Below are positions 29,470 through 38,777 of a stretch of DNA of 64,000 bases, piece after piece (position 1 is the first letter of the stretch; every line of letters starts with the position of its first letter). Origin of the DNA: Ostreococcus lucimarinus (taxonomy: Eukaryota); the NCBI GenBank assembly GCA_000092065.1, contig CP000590.1; one strand, given 5' to 3'. The translations under genes were made by a program, and so were the position numbers. The notes under the pieces are model-generated. The model ran no database searches. It was not told the DNA's origin and saw only the letters and a list, made by a program, of their open reading frames with translations.

Positions 29470-32400
29470 ATGACGCGCGTGGTGGCCGTCGGTGCAATTC
29501 TCTTCTCCGTGACCCTGCTCTGTTCTCTCGTCGCGAGCGTGGGTGTATGTTCCAACGACCTCACAGGTGCATCCCTTCTCAATGCTTTGAGCGATATGAG
29601 GATAGGTACAGATACCGACATGAGTTTTGTATTCTTTGCCGCACTCGTAGACGTCGGTCTGCAGTCGTATTGCGGGAATACGCTGCGAAATTTGGGTAGT
29701 GCGTCTGCTCAGACTCTCATTCTCGTTCCCGACAGTGCCTTTGAGAGGGCGTCGATAGTCATGGATAAAGGATTAGAAGAAATAACAAGTGACAGAGTCC
29801 TCGTCTGTGAAATTTTGGAGTCATCCATCGTGCAAGCAGCATTGAACAGCCGCGATGTTCGAGACGGAGACGAGCTCTCTACCGCGTCAATGCGTATGCC
29901 CAAGCTTCGCGTAGACGTCGTTCAAGACATAAACGTTCGCAAATTACGAATTTTCACTGATGTTGGAACAACTATCGCTGATTTATTCGCGACAGATGTC
30001 GCTCTGTGTCCTCGCTTGAGTGCCGTGTTCGCCTCAGAGCTCTTGATACCATTAGTCGAGTCAAACGCTTTTCCCAGTGTGTGGAAGATATCAAAATCAT
30101 TACCAGAGCTTAGCACGAGTGCTGAAGCATTTCGAATCACTGATTCGTTGCGCGTGATATTCGAATCGAGCGAATACGATGGCTACGATGGGACTGTGGG
30201 GAGGTCAAGTTTGCAGACATGTGTCTTTGATGGAACAAATCATGGATTTCGCGCTTATTTCTTACCATCGAATCGCGCCTGGAGACGGTTCTTTCGCAAA
30301 ACTGAGCTCACAAAATCTGCTCTTTTCTCAGATTACTCCCTTCTTCTCAGTATCCTGCTTTACACTGAAGGACAGCTAACGTCGACACAGCAAAGTATTG
30401 ACTTGAAGTCGTACTTGTCGACGAGCCTCGTCCCAGGACAATTGCTACGCCCCGTCGGGGCGTCTACAATTTTGAGTGCCTTTCCAGGACAAGTGGAGAT
30501 TCCAGCTTTGCGAGTGGACGTGGACATATCTAAGGTCAGTTCGCGATACGTTAGAATTTCTGGTGGGAGCACGAGCAGTCGCTTTGATAACACCGCCGTC
30601 GTCGTCGCCGCAGATATTGTTTCATGCACTGGCATCGTCCATATCATCGATGATGTGCTAGTTCCACCAATGTTGACAGCATTTCGTCAGCTCTCATTGC
30701 GTAGCGAGCTGTCTATGTTTACAGATCTGTTACGAGCGCCCGCAATGCATGAGTTGATGCTCGAACTCGATACACCATCCGAAACGAATATATTTGCTGA
30801 CAGCGTCGTTTTCGCGCCAACAAATGTAGCGATTCGACTAACTTTGAATTACATCGGTTGGACGTTCGAAGATTTGTTCCAGAGGGACGCACTGTTGCGA
30901 CAATTTGTCACGTACCACGTCATAAGTACTCGAAGCGCCGAAGGAGCCCCTGAAAGACTCAAATTTCGTCTAGGACTCGGTCCCGAGGAACAGCAGTTTG
31001 CCACGCGCTTGGCATATCCAATCTTAGCGAAGAGCTACGCTAACACGTTCCAAGGCACGCCCATCGCTAAGACAGTGAAAGTACTCTCAACTCGCCGCGG
31101 CGTGAAAAAGTTCTTCACACCCCGCCATGTGCTTCGAGGACGTTTAAACTCTGCACGGTTCATCAAAAGTGACATTCCATCGACGAATGGCGGTATCGCT
31201 ATTATCGATGCGGCGCTCATTCCACCGACGGCGGAATTCGGAGTGACTCTTTACGATAGAATTCTTCGCACACCGACGCTGCGTGTTTTTCGTGAACTTA
31301 CAAGCGTTCTCGGCCTCCAGCGCGAGTTTGACACGCAAGGTTTTGGAAACGGTGACTGTACCGTATTTGCACCGACGGATTCCGCATGGGTTACCTTACT
31401 TGCCGATCTCATGACGACGCAGGAGGAAATCGCAAACCGCGCCACAGCGATGCTGTACGATATTATCATGCTCATGCTCGCCCCTAGAACGGAAGAATTT
31501 CAAGAGATTGAACGCGAACTTTATGACCCATGGCTGTCAAAGGACGCACTGGATGGTGACGAGCTCGTGACCGCGCTCTCGGGGTATACGACGGTGAGAG
31601 TACTTTGATTTAATTATTTCTCGTTTAATTATTTTTCCAAATTTTCCAGCATGCAAACATTATCCATTTCGGCGCATTTGAGAGATGCGTTGGTCAGAGC
31701 TGCACTCCTACGAGCACACTAGTAGCCGTACCTCGAGTTGTGGGTCCAGTGCTGGCGCAATCGTCGTTTACAAGGTAAATATATCGTATTCATCAGTGCA
31801 TCAATTTAATTAATTTCATCAGTACGACCTCATGGAAAAACTATGCAAGAATTATTTCGCCGGTACGCCGATTTTGTGCACGAGATCGCGCTATGAGCTC
31901 TGACAACTCAAGTAGGACATGGCAAGCGGACAACACGCCCTGAACGGCGAGCTTTACGTGGTAAAATAATTAGTTTTGGTCTGAGAAATATTTAATTAAT
32001 TTTCAATGTTCGTCCTGATTTCACAGATAGATACGGTGCTTCTACCGCGCCTTGGCGAGCGTTGCCGCACGGCAGACTTTACATACAACGCGGGCAGCGC
32101 ATTTGAGCTGCGAGATGGGCGCGTTCGACGATATGAGCGTTGTTTAGCACCGCCGTGTTCCTACACTTTACCAGGTGGGAATTATTTTCTCGAATTAATT
32201 TTTAAAACATTTCATTTGCTCCTACACGCGCGCTTTTTGCTGACCTTTGATTTTTCTACCGATCAAACAGGACTTTACGGTCGCGCTGGTGTGCGTATTT
32301 CTGTAGAAGCTTTCGTGACGTACGACGCGTTACCAATTTGCGACTCGTGGTGCGTATTAATTTCTTGGTGGTGGTGTGTTCCGTGCACCGGAGTAGTAGC

Positions 32401-33169
32401 TCAAACTATAGCCACGATCGGTGGATGTGCGCCCTATCAATCTCAGTGCGGTGGTTCCCTCGTTGTTTTCGTCACGGACGCGGGTGAAGTGCGATTTGGC
32501 GTGCAAACGTTCATGGACTCCTACAATAATTTACCGCTCAGTTTGGGCGGTGGTTTGCGCATCGTCGACGTCTCGGTGCCAGGCAAGGGTTTTTTTGCGC
32601 GCGACGGGATCGCGTTCAAAGTGCTCTGCACGTACGATGGCGTTTCGAATACGACAAAGATTTACATCAATGATAAGTTAAGGGGTATAGCAGATCCGTT
32701 CGTCATGGGTCAGTTTTTGTTTCGCCCGTTCCACAACGTATCCGGGAACTTGCACGAGAAGATCACGATTGGCAACAGCATGCACTCGGCTGCTTCCGCC
32801 ACGAACACTTTAACTGACTTTCAAGGTATGCACGAGACGAGTAATGGAACTCCAGATACACGAGATGGCACATTACCGGCAATTGGTCAATTTGCGACCT
32901 ATGACGCCTCGCCGCTCTTCGACGGCTCCCCAACAACGCAATATTTCTTGCCGTGGAGGGGCACGATTCACGAGGTGTACGTGTATTTTGACAACGGACT
33001 ATATCAAGGGATTAGATATCCTTCAACTTGCGTGCACTTAGAGCCCGTCGAACCCGAAGCCGATGATTTTAGTGATTTTGTGACTCGTCGCCGCCGTCTC
33101 CACGAGACGCCGGTTTCCAGAGTGCGCGTTGGCCCTCGGCGGCGTAGTGACATTCGGGCTACTAGCTAG
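29470..33169 (+). CDS. Secreted multi-FAS1 (fasciclin) domain protein with a C-terminal Cys/Trp-rich domain. Proposed 5-exon model, about 1100 aa: join(29470..31593, 31685..31774, 31916..31960, 32027..32174, 32271..33169).
   Basis: The first ATG at 29470 follows the GTG at 29467. There is a signal peptide (VAVGAILFSVTLLCSLVASVG). Three FAS1 domains are complete, with H1/H2 boxes (VVFAPTNVAI, TVFAPTDSAW, GIVHIIDDVLVPP, NGGIAIIDAALIPP). The fourth FAS1 domain is cut by the apparent stop at 31606. Its missing H2 box (ALNGELYVIDTVLLP) opens the next track ORF, 32006..33169. Phase-0 GT..AG introns are proposed at 31594-31684, 31775-31915, 31961-32026 and 32175-32270, all AT-rich and 66-141 nt. They restore ..SGYTT|MRWSELHSYEHTSSRTSSCGSSAGAIVVYK|DMASGQHALNGELYV|IDTVLLP.., which aligns with the pattern of domains 2 and 3 (..GGSTSSRFDNTAVVVAADIVSCTGIVHIID). 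The alternative is two separate genes, 29470..31608 and 31919..33169. Confidence 0.5.
31594..32270 (+). other. Cluster of four short AT-rich spliceosomal introns: 31594..31684, 31775..31915, 31961..32026 and 32175..32270
   Basis: Direct reading: GTGAGA...AG, GTAAAT...AG, GTAAAA...CACAG and GTGGGA...AACAG boundaries. The intron bodies are much more AT-rich than the flanking exons. All are phase 0 in the proposed model, except that the last begins after codon position 1 of GGT (phase 1) and is 96 nt long. In-frame stops inside them (31606 TGA, 31913 TAG) are removed by splicing. Confidence 0.5.
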
Positions 33170-33187
33170 AGGTCGAAACTACACAAA

Positions 33188-36100
33188 CTATAAGACTAAT
33201 GATTTGAGAATGTTTGCCGCGAAAGTCGCTTCCCTACTTTCCTTCCTGTCACCATCAAAGCAACACTCAGGCACGATGGCAGAAACAGGGGGAAGACTGA
33301 CTCGCTGCGATCCAGCCTCGGGCGCGACACTCCAGACTGGAGTGGGAATGTCAACCAAAAGACAGCCACGAGCCGCGGTTGCCATCGAGTATAGCCAAAC
33401 TTCATCACCGTTGACTTTTGCGAAAGCACGCGTTGCGTTCGCTGCGACGAGTCGCAAAGCCTCGTCGTCCTCCATGGCAAGCTTGGCCACGACGGGCACT
33501 GCCGCCCCGAGCAAATCGTGTAGCGCTTGCTTTGATTTTTCGCACGATGCGATGGATTCTAAAGTATCGCATATTTTGATACGGATGCGTCTCGTAAGCT
33601 CTGATGAAATCTCCGACTCAGCGATGAAGCTTGCATCGACGGTATCTGCCAGCGTAAGAAGTTCGAGCGATCGGTGTCGTTTGTCAACGTGACAAACACC
33701 TTGTTGCAAAACGCGCGACAGTATAGGCCATAGATCCGAGTTCATGCGTTTGGCGATGAAATCGCCACCACTTGTCGAAGCCATGGTTCGAAGTAACGAC
33801 AAACTCGCTTCGTACGCTTCAGCTTGAATCGAAATTTGAAATCGGTCGCTGAGCGATGATACCGCATGAGGCCAGATGTTATGGATGTGTGGCAGTACAC
33901 GGGCATCTTTGTAGAGGGAAGCCACATCAAAAGGCGTGGAATTCCTGCCTCCGTAAGCTTTGAGTACTTTTAAGACGTATTTATCATGCGTCAATGCAGA
34001 TTCTGCTGCTGAAAGGCTCTCAAGAGCGAACGAGCAAGCCGTTGCAGATAAACTTCGAACGCCGGCGTAAGGCGACTCCAGCAGCGCGCTGACCGATCTC
34101 AGCAAGTCTATCGCACAACCGACCATGGCCTGAAGGCGACGAACGCGCTCCAAGGACTGAGCCCGGGTGGTTTCAATGTCCTGCGAAAGCACCGAACGCA
34201 TTTCTTCGACAAAGACCTCCGTCAGCTCGTTCTCGTCTTCGCTGTCTGGCTCCTCCGGGTGATACTTTTGTATGCTAGCCACAACACCTCGCGAGTGTGT
34301 CTCTATCTCTCGCACCTCGAGCAACACTGCTGAACAATATTCATTCATTACGAGCAGAAAATCTTCGGAGTGCTCCGCATTTTTTTCTCTATTGACGATC
34401 AAAAATGTGCGCAACGCCAATCGAATCGGCTCTGCGAGAAGCTTCACCATGCTCTTTGCCGCATCAGTCCTCCTCAGAATAGCCGCAAAGAGTCGAGGAG
34501 CGCGTGAGTGCTTATCTAAATGCCGCATTTGTCGAGAAAGCATATCCACAACGTAGTCTGCGTTCGCAACGACAAGACTCGCTATTGGTGAATCATCGGT
34601 TGAATTGTATTCTCCGCTTTGAGCCAACTTGAGCAAAACAAGCGCTGCGGTGTCTCGCACCTCAAGCGATTCTTCACCGAGCTTATCGAGTAATGGACAA
34701 AGTACGTTTGTCAAAAATGCACTTGTTCGTATGTGATCTTTGCCGAGTCCTTCTCCGATGATCCCCATGCCTTCCATCAACACGCGTAGTAAAAGAGCGT
34801 TGTCCGGTTCCGCAGCGTCAAGATTCCACACCTCGCTGCATACGTACTCTTCGACGATCAAACTGGAGACGCGAACAAGATATTCTCTTTCGACTGCTGA
34901 TTCAGTGATGGCGCCAAAAAGCATTTCATTGAGCGCTATCAGGTGGGCTGCCGCGTTTCTTTGCCATGCACCCGCGGTGCCCAATGCGTCGAGCTCTGCA
35001 TCATTTCTCAATGTGCCGAGAAAGTATTGCGCCATTGGCACAAAATACGTTTCCAGTGAAGATTCGTTTGTGATTGATGCCGCTCGACCGAGTAATCTTA
35101 GCATTTTTGCAAAACTTTTGTACATGGATGCGTCGGGGAAGTACTGCAACCTAGGAGGCGCCCGTGGCAACCCTTGCGCCGTCGACACGCTGGCTTCGGT
35201 CAAATCAATTAAACTTATCATCTGCGCGCTGCCATCTCGTCGTTGAGAAGAAAATGTTTCGATGAGCAGACACTCCGCAATGGTAGAGCACAAATGTTCT
35301 CTCGAGCTCGGACGGGCGAATAGCGTTTCTTTCAAGCGCCGAGCGCCGGCGAATTCCAGAGCGATGAGCAAGCGCTGAAGATGCCCGACAGCCTTATCGG
35401 AAGAATCACGCAGCGTGTCTGCTATGTTGGACAAATCGTCTTTTATGATTGCCTCCAAGTCTGCTCGGACGACGTAGCCGAGGTTGTCAAGAGATCTCAA
35501 ATCTTCCAATATGGGCGTCGAGACTTGTGCCCAACTATCTCCCGCGAGCGTGAGTAAGCACTCCATCATTCTACGCCTCGTCTTCGCGCCCAGAACTTTT
35601 GCACAATGTTTTAAGACGCTACTCGCCATTTTTCCAGTCGCAAGTCTCACGGTCGCGCGCTGATGACTCGCTAAGGGTGGAATTGTCGCTAAGAGCGCCG
35701 CTTCAACGCGAGAGCTCGCGAGAGAGAGCCATTCTTTATCTCGAACCACCTTGAGATCTTTACCAGCGTTCGCAGGGGATACGGACGCGTTTTCGTCGTT
35801 CATATCCCTCGACATATTTTTTGCGTTCGATTCCAGCTGATCGTCTATCGATCGAGCGACGAGAGAACCCAGTGCGCTTTGCAACGCATTTGCACCTTCG
35901 CCCTCTGCGGAATCGCCGAGCTCTGATTCGTACAACGAGTCGTTCAGAACGCACGACAGAATGGACGCCATCGAACTCAGGGCAAACTCGACGCCATCTG
36001 CGCCAGTTCCTCCCGGCCCAGCGCCAACGTTTGGGCGAACACCACTCGCCGCGACTAACGCCTTGGTCAACCCAGACACCGTGCCCGGAAGGAAAAACGC

Positions 36101-36847
36101 GAGAGCATCGGCGTCGGCGACAAATCGAATCAAGCAATCGAGCGTGTTCAACGCACTCGAGCGCAGAAGCTTACTCCCTTGCGACCCCGCGCTTGTTTCT
36201 TCGTGCGAAATCGCAAGGAGCGTAGAAATCGTGAACCCGAGCATAGGTGCGATCTCGGAGGCGCCTCGAAATGCTGCTTGCACCTCTGTGGACGCCGCCG
36301 CGCAAAACGCGCGCGTCGCCTCCAAGACTTCCATGCATACCGTCTCGTACTCGCCTCGTCGCGGTAACGACAAGACACCGACAATCCCACTGAATATTCT
36401 CAATCCCATTTCTCGCGTACAGTCTTCCCCGCTTTTCGTCATCGCCTCTCCCGTCGTTCGCAGCGCGCTCTCGAGCAACCGCCGCCGGCGCGCCACATCC
36501 TTCGGCGCCGTCGTCGCTTCAACATCACTCGGCGCGCTCGACTCCTCCATCATTCGCGACACGTTCGCTCGAAGTATCTCCACGCACGGTATCGCGCACA
36601 GTTCCAGCGCGCGTCGCTCGCTCGGTGCTTCCGCGTGCGTCTTCCGTAGGCGCTCCACGGCGTCTCGCGCCTCGTCCGCGAACCGCGCCTCCGCGCGTCC
36701 TCGCGCCGCGCTCACCATCACCGCTCGACTGGCGTCGATGAGCGCATCGGTCGCGCCCGTCGTCGCCGTCGTCGTCGTCGTCGCGTCCCGTTCGTTCGTC
36801 GCTTCCGTCGACATCTCCGCGAAACGAGTTTCGCGCGGCGAATCCAT
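33188..36847 (-). CDS. Large HEAT/ARM-repeat protein, about 1220 aa, of unknown specific family (possibly TTI1-like)
   Basis: The continuous ORF is helical-repeat-like throughout. The start is set at the ATG at 36845-36847 (MDSPRETRFAEMSTEATNERD..). The 5' extension of the track ORF is the antisense of the KEKK repeat plus the (GTTCG)n microsatellite, not coding. The gene spans a GC transition from about 70% at its 5' end to about 45-50% at its 3' end. Confidence 0.55.
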   Translation of the reverse strand: MDSPRETRFAEMSTEATNERDATTTTTATTGATDALIDASRAVMVSAARGRAEARFADEARDAVERLRKTHAEAPSERRALELCAIPCVEILRANVSRMMEESSAPSDVEATTAPKDVARRRRLLESALRTTGEAMTKSGEDCTREMGLRIFSGIVGVLSLPRRGEYETVCMEVLEATRAFCAAASTEVQAAFRGASEIAPMLGFTISTLLAISHEETSAGSQGSKLLRSSALNTLDCLIRFVADADALAFFLPGTVSGLTKALVAASGVRPNVGAGPGGTGADGVEFALSSMASILSCVLNDSLYESELGDSAEGEGANALQSALGSLVARSIDDQLESNAKNMSRDMNDENASVSPANAGKDLKVVRDKEWLSLASSRVEAALLATIPPLASHQRATVRLATGKMASSVLKHCAKVLGAKTRRRMMECLLTLAGDSWAQVSTPILEDLRSLDNLGYVVRADLEAIIKDDLSNIADTLRDSSDKAVGHLQRLLIALEFAGARRLKETLFARPSSREHLCSTIAECLLIETFSSQRRDGSAQMISLIDLTEASVSTAQGLPRAPPRLQYFPDASMYKSFAKMLRLLGRAASITNESSLETYFVPMAQYFLGTLRNDAELDALGTAGAWQRNAAAHLIALNEMLFGAITESAVEREYLVRVSSLIVEEYVCSEVWNLDAAEPDNALLLRVLMEGMGIIGEGLGKDHIRTSAFLTNVLCPLLDKLGEESLEVRDTAALVLLKLAQSGEYNSTDDSPIASLVVANADYVVDMLSRQMRHLDKHSRAPRLFAAILRRTDAAKSMVKLLAEPIRLALRTFLIVNREKNAEHSEDFLLVMNEYCSAVLLEVREIETHSRGVVASIQKYHPEEPDSEDENELTEVFVEEMRSVLSQDIETTRAQSLERVRRLQAMVGCAIDLLRSVSALLESPYAGVRSLSATACSFALESLSAAESALTHDKYVLKVLKAYGGRNSTPFDVASLYKDARVLPHIHNIWPHAVSSLSDRFQISIQAEAYEASLSLLRTMASTSGGDFIAKRMNSDLWPILSRVLQQGVCHVDKRHRSLELLTLADTVDASFIAESEISSELTRRIRIKICDTLESIASCEKSKQALHDLLGAAVPVVAKLAMEDDEALRLVAANATRAFAKVNGDEVWLYSMATAARGCLLVDIPTPVWSVAPEAGSQRVSLPPVSAIVPECCFDGDRKESREATFAANILKSLVL

Positions 36848-37027
36848 CGAAATCTCTCGAATCAATCCAATCGACCCAATCGCTCGCGCGTTCGCGCGTT
36901 CGCGATCGGTGTCCGGCGCGCGCGCGATCGTCGACTCGAGTTCGTCGGTGCGTTCGCGCGCGTCATCGTCCGTCGCGTCCGTCGCGTTGTGCGACGCGCG
37001 TCGTCCGCAGTCGTCCTCGCGCGCGCA

Positions 37028-37097
37028 GTCAGTCAGTCGGTTCGGTCGTTCGGTCGTTCGGTCGTTCGTTCGGTCGTTCGTTCGTTCGTTCGTTCGG
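37028..37097. repeat. (GTTCG)n/(GTTC)n microsatellite in the divergent promoter between the HEAT-repeat gene and the DEAD-box helicase gene
   Basis: Direct reading: cagtcagtcggttcggtcgttcggtcgttcggtcgttcgttcggtcgttcgttcgttcgttcgttcgg. Its reverse complement, (GAAC)n, recurs at 63172-63228 upstream of HSP60. Confidence 0.85.
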
Positions 37098-37150
37098 CGT
37101 CCCCGGTCCCGCCGCCGCCGCCGCGGACGACGCACAACTCGACGACGACG

Positions 37151-38743
37151 ATGGGGAAAGAGGGCAAGAGGGAGAAGAAGAAGGAGAAGAAGGAGAAGAA
37201 GGAGAAGAAGGAGAAGAAGGGCAAGCGCGAGCGCGACGCGAACCGCGACGGCGGCGCGCGGGAGTCGTCGAAACCCACCACGGCGACGAAAAAGGCAAAG
37301 ACGACGCGCGATGACGAGGGACAGACGTTCGGGATGGCGGCGGTGGGCGATCGATCGATCGCACAGTCCGGTGATACGTTTCAACGCGTGTTTTACGACG
37401 CCCCGGCGTCGTTGAAGTCGATGTCGGCGAGCGAGGTGCAGGCGGCGCGAGACGCGTTGGCGGTGACGCAGGTGGACGGTTTGTCGACGGATTTAGCGCC
37501 GGTGTCTTCATTCGCAGATGCGGGGTTTTCGAAGGAGCTGCTGCGAGTGACGGCACAGTTTAAGACGCCGTCACCGATTCAAGCGCAATCTTGGCCGATC
37601 ATCATGAGCGGGCACGACATGGTGGGGATCGCGGCGACGGGTTCCGGGAAGACGCTCGCGTTTGGGATGCCGGCGCTGACGCAGATTCACTCGCAACCAC
37701 CCTGCAAGCCCGGTCAGCCGATCTGTTTAGTGCTCGCACCGACGCGAGAATTGGCGCAACAAACGGCCAAGGTGTTTGACGACGCCGGCGAGGCTTCTGG
37801 GGTGAGGTGCGTATGCGTGTACGGGGGCGCTCCCAAGTACGAACAAAAGGCACAGATGAAGGCGGGCGGCGGAGCCGCGGTCATCGTCGCGACACCGGGT
37901 CGTCTTCGAGATTTCATGGAAGAGGGCGTGATTAAACTTGATAGAGTGACGATGTTAGTGCTCGATGAGGCCGATCGCATGCTGGATTTGGGTTTTGAGC
38001 CTGAAATTCGCGCCATCGCCGGCGCCACGCGCGCCGATCGACAAACCGTGATGTTTTCTGCGACGTGGCCTCAGAGTGTGCAAAGCCTCGCTTCGGAGTT
38101 TATGTGCAATCCTATCAAGGTTCGCATCGGTGCCGAAGGTTTGAAAGCTTCTCAAAGCATAACTCAAATCGTCGAAGTCGTCGAGCCGCAGGACAAGGAT
38201 AGACATTTGGCGCGAGTCATGAAGCAATATTTGGGCAAAGGCAAAGAGGTGCCTCGAACCCTCATTTTCGGTTTGTACAAGAAAGAGTGCGCAAATTTGC
38301 ACCAAAGACTTAGCCGTGAATGGCCAGCAGTGTGTATTCACGGCGACATGTCTCAGCATGATCGTGAAAAGTCGGTCGATGCGTTCAAGAAAGGCACGTC
38401 TCGAATCTTGATTGCCACCGACGTCGCCGCCCGAGGTCTCGACATTAAAGAGGTGGAGTATGTCATCAATTATACGTTTCCTCTCACCACGGAGGACTAT
38501 GTTCACAGAATCGGTCGTACCGGTCGCGCTGGTGCAACGGGCTTGGCTCACACATTTTTTACATTGCACGACAAGGCGAGAGCGGGCGAACTCGTCAACG
38601 TGTTACGAAAAGCTGGCGCAGAAGTTCCAGAAGAACTCACTAAGTTCGGCACGCACGTGAAGAAGAAAGAAAGTAAGTTGTATGGCGCGCATTTCAAGGA
38701 CGTGGACATGTCGGTGAAGGCTACGAAGATCACGTTCGATTAA
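37151..38743 (+). CDS. DEAD-box ATP-dependent RNA helicase (Dbp3/DDX5-like) with an N-terminal K/E-rich tail, 530 aa
   Basis: ATG at 37151 (MGKEGKREKKKEKKEKK.., encoded by the (GAGAAGAAG)n repeat at 37171-37215). Helicase motifs are present: Q-motif FKTPSPIQAQSWP, AATGSGKTLAF, PTRELAQQ, DEAD (LVLDEADRMLD), SAT (MFSATWP) and HRIGRTGRAG. Confidence 0.88.
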   Translation: MGKEGKREKKKEKKEKKEKKEKKGKRERDANRDGGARESSKPTTATKKAKTTRDDEGQTFGMAAVGDRSIAQSGDTFQRVFYDAPASLKSMSASEVQAARDALAVTQVDGLSTDLAPVSSFADAGFSKELLRVTAQFKTPSPIQAQSWPIIMSGHDMVGIAATGSGKTLAFGMPALTQIHSQPPCKPGQPICLVLAPTRELAQQTAKVFDDAGEASGVRCVCVYGGAPKYEQKAQMKAGGGAAVIVATPGRLRDFMEEGVIKLDRVTMLVLDEADRMLDLGFEPEIRAIAGATRADRQTVMFSATWPQSVQSLASEFMCNPIKVRIGAEGLKASQSITQIVEVVEPQDKDRHLARVMKQYLGKGKEVPRTLIFGLYKKECANLHQRLSREWPAVCIHGDMSQHDREKSVDAFKKGTSRILIATDVAARGLDIKEVEYVINYTFPLTTEDYVHRIGRTGRAGATGLAHTFFTLHDKARAGELVNVLRKAGAEVPEELTKFGTHVKKKESKLYGAHFKDVDMSVKATKITFD

Positions 38744-38777
38744 ATCTCTAGTGTGAACGCTACGTAATACGGGTATG

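Noticed and set aside
31685-31862. An alternative model in which the M-R-W exon (31685-31774) and a following exon 31823-31862 form the 5' end of a separate downstream gene
   Set aside because: Continuing past the 31775 donor into 31823.. runs into a stop (..YEL*) unless further cryptic splicing is invoked. The FAS1-domain alignment instead supports joining 31774 directly to 31916.
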